Positions 9,772 through 19,770 of a stretch of DNA of 64,000 bases are shown here, in pieces. Each line of letters starts with the position of its first letter. Within the stretch, counting starts at the first letter, position 1. Origin of the DNA: Bdellovibrio sp. (lineage in GTDB: Bacteria; Bdellovibrionota; Bdellovibrionia; Bdellovibrionales; Bdellovibrionaceae). Location: the NCBI GenBank assembly GCA_036677065.1, contig JAKFBS010000004.1:160001-224000 (forward strand), read 5' to 3'. The position numbers and the translations under genes are program-made. The notes under the pieces were generated by a model that worked only from the letters and a program-made list of their open reading frames with translations, was not told where the DNA came from and made no database searches.

Positions 9772-10431
9772 ATGAACAAACTTAACATAATACTTCTTAG
9801 TTTTAGCATCATGATTTCAGCAAGTTTTGTGCAGGCCGCAGGCGCGCCAGTCGTCGGTAGAAAAGCCGCCGCGAAATATTTTCAAGCTAAAGGCGATAAC
9901 AGTTACGAGGCCGCTTCGGTGCCGCGTTTTCCATCTACAATTGAATCGTTAGGATCTGAAGATCACTATATGGCTTTGGGGATTTCTTCGTACACAAGTT
10001 CAAAAGCTTACAAGTGGGGAACCAACAACGAAGAAGAAGTCGCTAAAACGGGTATTGATATGACCTATCGTTTGACTCAAGACTATGAACTTTTCGATGA
10101 AGTTATTCGTGTGAGTTACAACACTTACAAGCCAGCTGGGCAAAAAGCTTCGAAAATGAGTTTTCTGTACGGGATGACCTTTCCGGATGCGACCTCTAAA
10201 TTCCCTTTATATTTCGGTTTTGCCGTCGGCCCGGGAATTTTTTTCAATCAAATCGATGGTGAATCGACGGTTGCTTTGGATTATCAGATGTTTTTAGGGC
10301 TTCGCCTGTTTAATTTATTCGAGAGAACTGGTTTTTTTGTCGAAGGTGGTATAAAAAACCATCTGCATTTAACAAGTGATGGCCAGTTAAACGGAACTTA
10401 CGTTTCGGCCGGAGCTGTATTTACGTTCTAG
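9772..10431 (+). CDS. Putative outer-membrane beta-barrel protein
   Basis: Signal peptide, amphipathic strands, C-terminal AGAVFTF. Confidence 0.65.
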   Translation: MNKLNIILLSFSIMISASFVQAAGAPVVGRKAAAKYFQAKGDNSYEAASVPRFPSTIESLGSEDHYMALGISSYTSSKAYKWGTNNEEEVAKTGIDMTYRLTQDYELFDEVIRVSYNTYKPAGQKASKMSFLYGMTFPDATSKFPLYFGFAVGPGIFFNQIDGESTVALDYQMFLGLRLFNLFERTGFFVEGGIKNHLHLTSDGQLNGTYVSAGAVFTF

Positions 10432-10458
10432 TTCGCGGGGCTCCGCGAGGAGTTCCAC

Positions 10459-11652
10459 ATGAAATTACACTTTATCCTTTTAAAAAAAGTCGCAGAAGCA
10501 CTACACGATATTTTTGAAAATAAAAAATACGCTGATAAAGTCATCGAAAAATTATTCAAAAGTAATCGTAAATTAGGTTCACGCGACCGCAAATTTATCG
10601 CTGAAACAATTTATGAAATCGTTCGTTACCACAGATTTTACCAAACGATTGCCCAATCAAATGAATCATACAATTTATTAGGTGTTCACTTAGTTAAAAA
10701 CAATTTAGACACGCAAGAATTTCAAGATGAGTATCCCATCGACGTGGATCTGATTAAAGCCAATTTAAAAAAGAAATACCCCATCGCCGTCACAGAATCT
10801 TTTCCTGACTGGATGAACGAGATGGGTGAAAAAGAATTCGGTGCTGACGAATGGCATTTGATCATGAAAGCCTTAAACAAGCAGGCTGACGTATATCTTC
10901 GCACCAACACACTTCGTATTGAGCGCGACCAATTAATTAAAGAATTAGAAAAAGAAGAAATCTTCACTGAAAAAGTTCACGGTCTTCCGGACTGTTTACG
11001 TTTGATCGAAAGAAAAAATGTTTTTTCTACAACGGCTTTTAAAAACGGATATTTTGAAGTTCAGGATGCAGCTTCGCAGTTTATCGCTCCACTGTTGGAT
11101 TTAAAACCAGGGCTGCGTGTTGTAGATGCTTGCGCTGGTGCCGGTGGTAAATCACTGCATATGGCCTCTTTGATGAAAAACAAAGGCAAAATTATTGCCA
11201 TGGATATTCACGAGTGGAAGCTGGGTGAATTAAAAAAACGTGCCGCACGAAATCGTGTTGATATCATCGAGACAAAAGTCATTGATACAAGCAAAACTAT
11301 TAAGCGTTTGGAAGGCTCTTTTGACAGAGTTTTGTTGGACGTTCCTTGTACAGGTTGGGGTGTAATCCGCCGTAATCCAGACACGAAGTGGAAGCTTAGC
11401 CCGGAGCAGATCGATAGTTTGATCAGCTTGCAGCGCGAAATCATCACAGATTACGCAAAAATGTGTAAGGCTGGTGGGTTAATGGTTTATGCGACCTGCA
11501 GTATTTTAAACAAAGAAAACGAAGAGCAAGTAAAATGGTTTTTAGAGTCTCCAGAGGGGCAAAAATGGAACTTCAAAAAAGATATTCGTTTATGGCCACA
11601 CAAAGATAACTTTGATGGCTTCTATGCAGCTCTTTTAGAGAAGAAAACTTAA
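10459..11652 (+). CDS. RsmB/NOP family RNA m5C methyltransferase
   Basis: FEVQDAASQ, DACAGAGGKS, DVPCTG, YATCS. Confidence 0.92.
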   Translation: MKLHFILLKKVAEALHDIFENKKYADKVIEKLFKSNRKLGSRDRKFIAETIYEIVRYHRFYQTIAQSNESYNLLGVHLVKNNLDTQEFQDEYPIDVDLIKANLKKKYPIAVTESFPDWMNEMGEKEFGADEWHLIMKALNKQADVYLRTNTLRIERDQLIKELEKEEIFTEKVHGLPDCLRLIERKNVFSTTAFKNGYFEVQDAASQFIAPLLDLKPGLRVVDACAGAGGKSLHMASLMKNKGKIIAMDIHEWKLGELKKRAARNRVDIIETKVIDTSKTIKRLEGSFDRVLLDVPCTGWGVIRRNPDTKWKLSPEQIDSLISLQREIITDYAKMCKAGGLMVYATCSILNKENEEQVKWFLESPEGQKWNFKKDIRLWPHKDNFDGFYAALLEKKT

Positions 11653-11743
11653 GTTTCTCTACGCGTTACTATTGCATAAATTCTTTCAAAACTAGTGCTA
11701 ATGTTCTAACCTTATCCTTTACTCAAAAAAAGGCAGGGTTAAC

Positions 11744-13195
11744 GTGGTATCAGCCAATAATCTTATCGCAGGAAAATGGACCGAAGGTACGCTACAAGTG
11801 CATGCCATTCATTCTCCTTACGATGGAAAACAAATCGGAAATTTTTCTGTTCCGACAAAAGAACAAATCAATACAGCAATCAATGCAGCAGCCGACGCTC
11901 AAAAAGCGTGGGGTCAATTGCCGATCAAAGAACGCAGCAAGGTATTATTTAACTTTCGTAATATCTTACTTCGCGACATTGATAAAATCGCCCTGTTAAA
12001 AGGGTCTGAGTGTGGCAAAACTTTTGCTGAAGCCAAAGCTGGATTAATGAAAGGCGTAGAAGTTTTAGAATACGCGCTTTCAATTCAAAATTTAGACACC
12101 GGCGGAAAAGCCGAAGTGTCGCGCGGCGTATCGTGTGAATTTCGCCGTGAAGCTTTAGGGGTTGTTGCGAACATTACTCCATTTAATTTTCCGGCAATGG
12201 TTCCGATGTGGACTATTCCTATCGCGATTGCTTTAGGAAATTCTTATGTGTGGAAACCTTCTGAGAAAACTCCGTTAACATCTTTTTTTATTGCTGAAGC
12301 ACTAAAAGAAGCGGGTTTGCCAGATGGCGTGTTCACAGTCCTTCAAGGTGGGCACGAAACTGTTAATGCAATTATTGATCATCCAGCGGTTAAAGCGATT
12401 GGCTTTGTTGGATCTACAAAAGTAGCTAAGCTTGTTTATCAACGTGGTACGAACTTAGGAAAACGCGTTCTGTCTTTAGGCGGCGCAAAAAATCATATCG
12501 TCTTATTACCGGATGCAAATCTTGAACTAAGTGGCGTGGGAATTTCTGATTCTTTCACAGGCTGTGCCGGCCAACGTTGTATGGCAGCTTCGGTATTATT
12601 AGCAGTAGGTGATACTTCTGGTCACATCGATCAAATCGTAAAACGTGCATCTTCGATGGAGCTTGGCAAACAAATGGGTGCCATCATTACAAAAGAACAA
12701 GTTCAGTTTTTAACTAAATCAATCGAGGCCGCTTCAATCGCTGGAGCAAAAATTATTCTTGATGGCCGCAAAGCCAAAGCTCCTCCGGGTATGGAAGGTG
12801 GCAACTGGATTGGGCCAACGATTTTGGATAATGTTCAAGCCAATTCAGAAGCTTCAAAATTAGAATTATTCGGACCAATTCTTTCAATCATTCGCTGTAA
12901 AGATATTTCACAAGCAATGGCGATTGCTAATAGCAGTGAATATGGAAACGCTTGTAGCGTGTTTACTTCAAACGGTGCTCTTGCAGAACGTGTAGCTAAA
13001 GAAGCGCACGCTGGTATGGTCGGAGTAAATGTTGGAGTTCCTGTTCCGCGTGAGCCGTTCTCGTTCGGTGGAACAATGGAATCAAAATTTGGTCACGGTG
13101 ATATCACTGGCGAACAAAGTTTGAACTTCTGGTCGAATTATAAAAAAATCACTACTAAATGGGAAATGCAAAGCGACTCTAACTGGATGTCGTAA
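11744..13195 (+). CDS. mmsA: CoA-acylating (methyl)malonate-semialdehyde dehydrogenase
   Basis: ITPFNFPAMVPMW, FVGSTKVA, LGGAKNH, GCAGQRCMA, VGVNVGVPVP. Confidence 0.9.
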   Translation: MVSANNLIAGKWTEGTLQVHAIHSPYDGKQIGNFSVPTKEQINTAINAAADAQKAWGQLPIKERSKVLFNFRNILLRDIDKIALLKGSECGKTFAEAKAGLMKGVEVLEYALSIQNLDTGGKAEVSRGVSCEFRREALGVVANITPFNFPAMVPMWTIPIAIALGNSYVWKPSEKTPLTSFFIAEALKEAGLPDGVFTVLQGGHETVNAIIDHPAVKAIGFVGSTKVAKLVYQRGTNLGKRVLSLGGAKNHIVLLPDANLELSGVGISDSFTGCAGQRCMAASVLLAVGDTSGHIDQIVKRASSMELGKQMGAIITKEQVQFLTKSIEAASIAGAKIILDGRKAKAPPGMEGGNWIGPTILDNVQANSEASKLELFGPILSIIRCKDISQAMAIANSSEYGNACSVFTSNGALAERVAKEAHAGMVGVNVGVPVPREPFSFGGTMESKFGHGDITGEQSLNFWSNYKKITTKWEMQSDSNWMS

Positions 13196-13207
13196 GGAAT
13201 TGAAAAT

Positions 13208-14467
13208 ATGAATATACCTAATACAAAAAGATCGAATCATATTATTTTAGCTTCACACACGAATTTAAAATATAAAGAAACTCTTCCAGTGAACTGGGGC
13301 GAAAAAACAGCTAAAGAACGTGGCCCAATCGTTGCTTCTGTATCGAGTGCAAGAGCGCGTAATGCCATCGGTTCGCATAGCGGAAGTTACACGGTTTATC
13401 GTGCGCTTTCAGTTGCGAGCGGAAAGTTTTCGCAAGATCACAGACCTGATCTTCATAACACGGAAGCTCCAACTCCGATTGGTCCGTATCCGCAATGGAT
13501 TGACGGGCAAAAAATCGTGACGCTAGATCCTTGGGGTTTAGATCCGATGAAACATTTTAAAGAATACTTTGATCAAGGTTATGATATCAGACCTTCGATT
13601 GCGATGACTCAGGCGCATTTACAATTACCTGAAATAGCTGAAGCTATTAAAGCGGGTCGCTTAAAACCAGATGGTGTTATCATTAAAGAAAATGGCGATG
13701 TGAAAGTTACGAAAGTGGCTTTAGATCCAGTTTGGTATTTACCAGGTATTGCCCAGCGCTTAAATGTTTCTGAAGGTGAATTACGTCGTATTTTATTTCA
13801 GGAAACTGGTGGTATGTATCCAGAATTTATCACTCGCCGTGATTTAAAAGTTTGGTTACCACCCATCGGAAGTTCTACGGCGTACATTTTTGGTGATGCG
13901 ACTCAATTGGCAAATCCAAAAGTTGAATTAACTTGCCGTGTGCATGATGAATGTAATGGTTCAGATGTGTTTGGTTCTGATATTTGTACTTGTCGTCCGT
14001 ATTTAATGTACGGGATTGAAGATGCAGCTCGTACCGCTCAACGTGGTGGCGTGGGTATCATCGTGTACTACCGTAAAGAAGGCCGAGCACTAGGTGAAGT
14101 GACTAAGTTCTTAGTCTACAATGCTCGTAAACGCCAAGAGGGCGGAGACACTGCAGCGACTTACTTTAAACGTACCGAGTGTGTTGCGGGTGTTGAAGAT
14201 GCGCGTTTTCAGGAGTTCATGCCTGATGCATTACACTTTTTCGGGATCACTAAAATCCATAACTTACATTCAATGAGTAATATGAAATATGATTCGATCG
14301 TGAAAAGCGGTATCGAAGTTGTAAATCGTATTTCGATTCCAGAGGGTTTGATTCCGGGTGATGCACAAGTTGAGATGGAAGCTAAAAAAGCTGCGGGCTA
14401 TTTTGCTCCAGAAGGTGCTAAAGATGTTGAAGGTCTTAAAAAAGTAAAAGGACGTAACATTGAGTAA
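13208..14467 (+). CDS. URC1/Urg1-like GTP cyclohydrolase II family protein
   Basis: Long N-terminal domain (RNAIGSHSGSY) and RVHDECNGSDVFGSDICTCRPYL, KEGRALGEVTKFLVYNARKRQ. Confidence 0.9.
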   Translation: MNIPNTKRSNHIILASHTNLKYKETLPVNWGEKTAKERGPIVASVSSARARNAIGSHSGSYTVYRALSVASGKFSQDHRPDLHNTEAPTPIGPYPQWIDGQKIVTLDPWGLDPMKHFKEYFDQGYDIRPSIAMTQAHLQLPEIAEAIKAGRLKPDGVIIKENGDVKVTKVALDPVWYLPGIAQRLNVSEGELRRILFQETGGMYPEFITRRDLKVWLPPIGSSTAYIFGDATQLANPKVELTCRVHDECNGSDVFGSDICTCRPYLMYGIEDAARTAQRGGVGIIVYYRKEGRALGEVTKFLVYNARKRQEGGDTAATYFKRTECVAGVEDARFQEFMPDALHFFGITKIHNLHSMSNMKYDSIVKSGIEVVNRISIPEGLIPGDAQVEMEAKKAAGYFAPEGAKDVEGLKKVKGRNIE

Positions 14468-15671
14468 GCAAGTCACACTATCAAATGAACAGATAGATTA
14501 TATTTTATCTCCGAAGGCTATTCGTGATAATGCTAAAAAAGTTTTCGATTACACCGTAGAAGGTAACGGCTATTTTGCATTTAACGCTGATAAAATGAAA
14601 CCCACGGTGGATTACGTTTTAACGGTCATTCGTAAAAATTATCCAGATTTAAATATTCCATTTCATTCTCGTTGGGGTCACTTTCGCGTCGGCGGAACTG
14701 ACCGCGCCAAACAATTTGAGACTGTGACAGATAAAGTGACTGATAAAATGGAATTGGCACGCACGAAATTAGATTTAGTGATCACTTCGGTGTTATTAGA
14801 TGCTGGTGCGGGTGCTGCGTGGAAATATTTTGAAGAATCTTCGGGTAAATCTTTTAACCGCTCTGAAGGGTTAGGGGTAGCTTCTCTATACATGTTTAAA
14901 TCAGGTGTGATGGCTTCTGATAAAAAATCATGGAAAGCAGATGCTCAAGGTCTTCAATCGGTAACAGCAAGTGATCTTGAAAAACATTTTCAAGTGACTG
15001 CGGATAATCCATTAGTTGGAGTTCAAGGCCGTGTGCAATTATTAAATAACCTAGGCAAAGCTTGTGCGCGTAATCCGGTTTTCAAAAAAGACCACCGTCC
15101 AGGTAATATTATTGATCACTTAGCAGAAAAGTATGGCAATAAAATTCCTGCAACCGCGGTTCTTCGCGCAGTGCTTGATGGTCTTGGTGAAATCTGGCCA
15201 GGCCGTATTTCTGCAGGTGATGTAAACTTAGGTGATGTTTGGCAACATTCAAAATTAGATTTAGTGCCGATTCATAAATTATCGCAGTGGATGACGTATT
15301 CACTGTTAGAACCAATTATGGATGCAGGTTTTGAAGTTTCGGGCGTTGAAGGTTTAACAGGCCTTGCTGAATACCGTAACGGCGGTCTATTTATCGATTC
15401 AGGTTTGTTAACTATGAAAGATCAAGCCAACCTTGCTAAAGCTTGGACACCGGATTCTGATTTAATTATCGAATGGCGTTCGTTGACGGTTTATCTTTTA
15501 GACCAAGTCGGTGATGCGATTCAAAAATCTTTAAATAAATCTCCGCAGGATTTTCCGTTAGCTAAAATTTTAGAAGGCGGAACTTGGTGGGCAGGCAGAT
15601 TTTTAGCTCAAGAAAAACGTGAGGGTGGTAATCCACCGTTAAACATCCAAAGTGATGGAACAGTGTTTTAA
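14460..15671 (+). CDS. URC4/Urg3 (DUF1688) family protein
   Basis: IPFHSRWGHF, SVLLDAGAG, RSEGLGVAS, HKLSQWMTYSL, GLAEYRNGGL, SDGTVF end. Confidence 0.92.
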   Translation: MSKQVTLSNEQIDYILSPKAIRDNAKKVFDYTVEGNGYFAFNADKMKPTVDYVLTVIRKNYPDLNIPFHSRWGHFRVGGTDRAKQFETVTDKVTDKMELARTKLDLVITSVLLDAGAGAAWKYFEESSGKSFNRSEGLGVASLYMFKSGVMASDKKSWKADAQGLQSVTASDLEKHFQVTADNPLVGVQGRVQLLNNLGKACARNPVFKKDHRPGNIIDHLAEKYGNKIPATAVLRAVLDGLGEIWPGRISAGDVNLGDVWQHSKLDLVPIHKLSQWMTYSLLEPIMDAGFEVSGVEGLTGLAEYRNGGLFIDSGLLTMKDQANLAKAWTPDSDLIIEWRSLTVYLLDQVGDAIQKSLNKSPQDFPLAKILEGGTWWAGRFLAQEKREGGNPPLNIQSDGTVF

Positions 15672-15688
15672 GGATTATGGGAATATAT

Positions 15689-16321
15689 ATGGAAAATAAA
15701 GTTACAGTATTAAATCATCCGCTTTTAATTCACAAATTAGGTTATCTTCGCGATAAAGAAACTGGCTCGGGCGAATTTCGCGAATTAACAAAAGAAATCA
15801 GCCGCATCTTAGCTTTTGAAGTTATGCGCGACTGGACTGACATGAAGCTGGTGGATATCGAAACACCAATCGCTAAAGCGCAAGTTCAACGTATTCATAA
15901 CACGCCGGTGGTTGTATCAATCATGCGTGCCGGTAACGGAATGTTAGATGCAGTTCTTTCGATGATTCCGTTTGCGTCAGCTGGATTTATCGGAATTTAC
16001 CGCGATCGTTTCGTGAATAACACGGTTGAGTATTATTTTAAAATGCCAGCAGATATTAAAGGTAAACTTGCGATTCTTTGTGATCCTTTAGTAGCCACTG
16101 CAGACACAATGATTGCAGCGATTGAGCGTTTGAAATCATACGAAGTAAAACAAATTCGTATTCTTTCGATCTTAATCAGTGAACTAGCGATTCAAAGAAT
16201 TCACTCTCTTCATCCAGATGTAGAAATCATGACTTTAAATATCGAAAAAGAAGTTAACGAACATGGTTATTTAGTACCTGGATTAGGAGATGCTGGTGAC
16301 AGGCTTTTTCAAACGAAATAA
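15689..16321 (+). CDS. upp: Uracil phosphoribosyltransferase
   Basis: HPLLIHKL, SIMRAG, DPLVATA, YLVPGLGDAGDRLF. Confidence 0.95.
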   Translation: MENKVTVLNHPLLIHKLGYLRDKETGSGEFRELTKEISRILAFEVMRDWTDMKLVDIETPIAKAQVQRIHNTPVVVSIMRAGNGMLDAVLSMIPFASAGFIGIYRDRFVNNTVEYYFKMPADIKGKLAILCDPLVATADTMIAAIERLKSYEVKQIRILSILISELAIQRIHSLHPDVEIMTLNIEKEVNEHGYLVPGLGDAGDRLFQTK

Positions 16322-16934
16322 TCCAATTATTGTCGGAGTCGCTGGCGGAAGTGGTTCTGGAAAGACCTATTTCGCCAAAGACCTGATGCAGAGGTTAGGA
16401 TCTGATCTTGCTGAAATTGTTTATCAAGACAATTTCTACATCGATCAATCGCATAGATTTGACGGTGATGGTGGCTCAGTTAATTTTGATCATCCCGACA
16501 GTATTGATTTTTCGTTATTGGCCCAATGCCTTGGCCAGTTAAAATCTGGCAAAGACACGGATATTCCGATTTACGATTTTAAAACACATACACGTGCTTC
16601 AAATAAATTAAAAATTCAAGCTAAGCCAATTATTGTTGTTGATGGAATTTTAATTTTTCATCCACCAGAAGTGCGGGCGCAGTTTGATTATCTAGTTTTC
16701 TTTGATACTTCTGAAGATTTACGTTTTGAGCGTCGCTTACAGCGCGATGTTAAAGAGCGCGGACGTACTCCGGAAGGAGTTAAGGCCCAGTTTCAAAGAC
16801 AAGTAAAGCCAATGCATGATTTATTTGTTGAGCCTTCGAAACATCACGCTAACGTGGTTGTTAGCGATGATTGTAATTACAATGAAATTCTTGTGAATTG
16901 CTGTAACAGTTTACAAAGTCTTAAGCCAAGCTAA
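16290..16934 (+). CDS. udk: Uridine kinase
   Basis: GVAGGSGSGKT, NFDHPD, RRLQRDVKERGR, VKPMH. Confidence 0.93.
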   Translation: MLVTGFFKRNNPIIVGVAGGSGSGKTYFAKDLMQRLGSDLAEIVYQDNFYIDQSHRFDGDGGSVNFDHPDSIDFSLLAQCLGQLKSGKDTDIPIYDFKTHTRASNKLKIQAKPIIVVDGILIFHPPEVRAQFDYLVFFDTSEDLRFERRLQRDVKERGRTPEGVKAQFQRQVKPMHDLFVEPSKHHANVVVSDDCNYNEILVNCCNSLQSLKPS

Positions 16935-17477
16935 AACTTCATCGGCATTTTTATCTGGTGGAAACACCGGATAGAAAACTTTTTTGATCTTACCATCTTC
17001 AATATACCAAGCCATACGTTTAATTAAACGCTCACCCGCGAATGTGAATGTTGGTAATTTCATCGCATCAGTTAGCTTGTAATCTTCATCACTTAAAATT
17101 GGAAATGGAATGTGATTTCTTGCGACGAATTCTTTTTGTACAGCAGGGGATTGCATACTTAGGCCGTAAATATGGACGCCTAAGTTTTTGAACTCCTGAT
17201 GTAAATCGCGAAAGCTGCAAGACTGCGGCGTGCAGCCACGGGCACCGGGAATTGAATCCCAAAGCTCTGGATCAGTGTTGGGTTCTAACGGGCTGCCAGC
17301 ACGTGGATAGATAAATAAAACTGTGGGCTTACGAAAAATTTCAATAAGCGCCACCTTTTCACCAGTTGTCGCAGCTAAGCTGATATTCGGAATAGCGTGA
17401 CCACTTAAATGGTTCGCCATTCCGTCATCAACGGGCTTTGGTAAATTTGCCGGTAAATCGTTTAGATTTTGGCGCAT
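16911..17477 (-). CDS. Peroxiredoxin (BCP/AhpC-TSA-like)
   Basis: LPKPVDDG, IPGARGCTPQSCSF, KVFYPVFPPD. Confidence 0.88.
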   Translation of the reverse strand: MRQNLNDLPANLPKPVDDGMANHLSGHAIPNISLAATTGEKVALIEIFRKPTVLFIYPRAGSPLEPNTDPELWDSIPGARGCTPQSCSFRDLHQEFKNLGVHIYGLSMQSPAVQKEFVARNHIPFPILSDEDYKLTDAMKLPTFTFAGERLIKRMAWYIEDGKIKKVFYPVFPPDKNADEVLAWLKTL

Positions 17478-17504
17478 TAGGCTGATTCCGTTGTTAAGCT
17501 TCGC

Positions 17505-18002
17505 TTAAACTAAAGATTTTAAAGCAGCTTCGTAGTTTGGTTCATCTACGATATCGGTTACAAGTTCAGTGTGAAGAACTTTATCGTCTTCAGATAAAAC
17601 CACAACCGCGCGCGCGTATAAACCAGATAAAACTGTGTCTTGTAATGTTAAACCCCAGTCAGCACCGAATGTGCTTTTAAAACCAGATAAGCTTTCGCAA
17701 TTTTTAATGCCTTCAGCACCGCAAAAACGCGCTTGAGCAAAAGGTAAATCTAAAGAAACGTTTAACACCACAGTGTTATTCATGTCTGAAGCTAATTTGT
17801 TAAATTGGCGTACCGAAGCAGCGCAGGTGCCAGTATCGATTGAAGGAAAAATATTTAAAACTTTTCTTTTGCCAGCGTAAGAAGTGTTTGAAGCTTCAGA
17901 TAAATCGCTTTTAATAAGCTTAGAGAAAGTTACTTTTTGGCCAACTGTTGGAAGTGAACCGATCGTGTTTGCAGGTGTGCCTTTGAATTTTAAAGTAGCC
18001 AT
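17505..18002 (-). CDS. tpx: Thiol peroxidase Tpx
   Basis: FPSIDTGTC, SLDLPFAQARFCGAEG, EPNYEAAL. Confidence 0.95.
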   Translation of the reverse strand: MATLKFKGTPANTIGSLPTVGQKVTFSKLIKSDLSEASNTSYAGKRKVLNIFPSIDTGTCAASVRQFNKLASDMNNTVVLNVSLDLPFAQARFCGAEGIKNCESLSGFKSTFGADWGLTLQDTVLSGLYARAVVVLSEDDKVLHTELVTDIVDEPNYEAALKSLV

Positions 18003-18112
18003 GAAATCTCCTCTTTTTAGTGTGAGTTCTCATAGTGGAGTAATGCGGGGAGAGGCGCTACTGTTAACGCATTGAAATATTTGTGTTATAAAATTCAGAC
18101 AAATGACACGAA

Positions 18113-18874
18113 CTAAAAATACAGCTGTAGAGTCACTTTTGAGCCTTCGCGGTTGATATTACTTTCTACACCGTTTTTAATCGAGTTCTGCTGCTCTTTA
18201 AAGTATGAGCCCATCACCCGCAGTGACGCAAAGTCTATAAACAGTCCTGTAGTTTGAGTGTTGGCTTTGGTGTCGCCATAAAAGTCTTCAGATATCTGAA
18301 AATACTGACGGTAATTCCCGTAAATGCCAAAATATTTGAACAAATAAAGTTGCAGCGTCCCTGCTGCAAATTGCTGATTCATGCGGTAAGCGCCAACGCT
18401 ATCCGTGCGCGTGCGCAAGCCGTAATGTACAGTCAGATGCGTTCCTTGCAGTGTGTGTCCGAATAAACGTAAATTTAACATTCCAGCTGTATCCTTGAAA
18501 TGTTCTTCAGTGTTGTTCTGGTATTCTCCGGTTAAGCCCACTAGTGTTGCGTATGCGGAAAGCTCTCCTTCAAAAGCTCTGAACTTCTGTACCGGATTTA
18601 CGCGATCATCCAATGAATACTGATTCATGTTAATCCCCAACATGAATTCGTACGGGGATGGAGTATTCAGAGAAAGCCACATATCCATAACCTGATTGCG
18701 GTTTTTCTGCTCCAACCAATCGTATAAATTAAATCGTTTAGCTTCTCGGGCTGCAGAGCCGCGCGATAGTAACCACGGTCTGCTTGATCCGCCACTTGAT
18801 TCTTGCGCACCTGCGATTTCAGTAAAAAAATGAACCAAAGTGAGAAGCGATATTATCCAAACTAGCTGTTTCAT
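18113..18874 (-). CDS. Putative outer-membrane beta-barrel protein
   Basis: Signal peptide, beta-strand pattern, terminal LQLYF. Confidence 0.6.
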   Translation of the reverse strand: MKQLVWIISLLTLVHFFTEIAGAQESSGGSSRPWLLSRGSAAREAKRFNLYDWLEQKNRNQVMDMWLSLNTPSPYEFMLGINMNQYSLDDRVNPVQKFRAFEGELSAYATLVGLTGEYQNNTEEHFKDTAGMLNLRLFGHTLQGTHLTVHYGLRTRTDSVGAYRMNQQFAAGTLQLYLFKYFGIYGNYRQYFQISEDFYGDTKANTQTTGLFIDFASLRVMGSYFKEQQNSIKNGVESNINREGSKVTLQLYF

Positions 18875-19083
18875 ACTTCTATTTTAGCACTTTCAAGGTT
18901 CGAAAACGAAAAATGCGCAGAGTGTTTCAGGCTGAGACGCTACTTGCGTGGCTTTTTAAGAACAGAATGTCTTAGGTCAGGAATATCAAATTAATTGAAT
19001 AACTATTAGTGTCATCTTGTTTAAATGTTGCTGCACCTTAAAAAGCGCGCAAGAATTTTCGCTATTACAACGAGGGGAAATAC

Positions 19084-19770
19084 ATGAACACAGTAAAACA
19101 ATTGATAGCTATCTTATTCGTGAGCGTTGCTGCCACATCGGCTTTTGCGGCTTTAAAATTTGATTCAGACGTACCTAAAAGCATTCAAACACAAATGGTT
19201 GAAGACCTTGCGTTCATGAACCAAGTCACTGGATCTGCACAAACTCCATTTCACAAAGAAATTTTCACAAGCCTTGATGGCAAAGCTTACCAAACATTTT
19301 TTGAATCACGCATTTTTTCTGTAGGCGTAGATGCTTGCGGTGGCGGAGCAGCTGTTGCTTGCGTGCAACCTTTCTTTGATCCGAACAAAATGTGGTTAAC
19401 TGAAAACTTCATTAACTTTTCTCATCCGCAAGTGGCGCGCGTAATGGTTGTGTACCATGAAGCCCGTCACTCTGAGACTAAAAATGGTAACTGGATGCAT
19501 GCAAACTGCCCAAGACCATTTCTAGATGTTAACGGTAAAGATATGGTTTCTATCTGGACAGGTGCAAAGCTAGAAGGCCAACCGGCTTGCGATGCTAAAT
19601 ACCAAGGATCATACGGATCTTCTACAATCATGTTAAAAAACATCAGCAAGTATTGCTCTAACTGTAACGACAAAGTTAAAATGGATGCTGATATCTATGC
19701 GATGGATCAGTTAAACCGTATTTCTAAACCGGCTGTTAAGCAGTCAATGTTAGCTGACTTTGCAAACTAA
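19084..19770 (+). CDS. Secreted Cys-rich protein with HEXXH motif
   Basis: Signal peptide, YHEARH, six Cys; GAGGGG RBS. Confidence 0.7.
   Translation: MNTVKQLIAILFVSVAATSAFAALKFDSDVPKSIQTQMVEDLAFMNQVTGSAQTPFHKEIFTSLDGKAYQTFFESRIFSVGVDACGGGAAVACVQPFFDPNKMWLTENFINFSHPQVARVMVVYHEARHSETKNGNWMHANCPRPFLDVNGKDMVSIWTGAKLEGQPACDAKYQGSYGSSTIMLKNISKYCSNCNDKVKMDADIYAMDQLNRISKPAVKQSMLADFAN

Noticed and set aside
13208..14467. Riboflavin biosynthesis ribA
   Set aside because: The long URC1-type N-terminal domain and the DUF1688/upp/udk context indicate uracil catabolism
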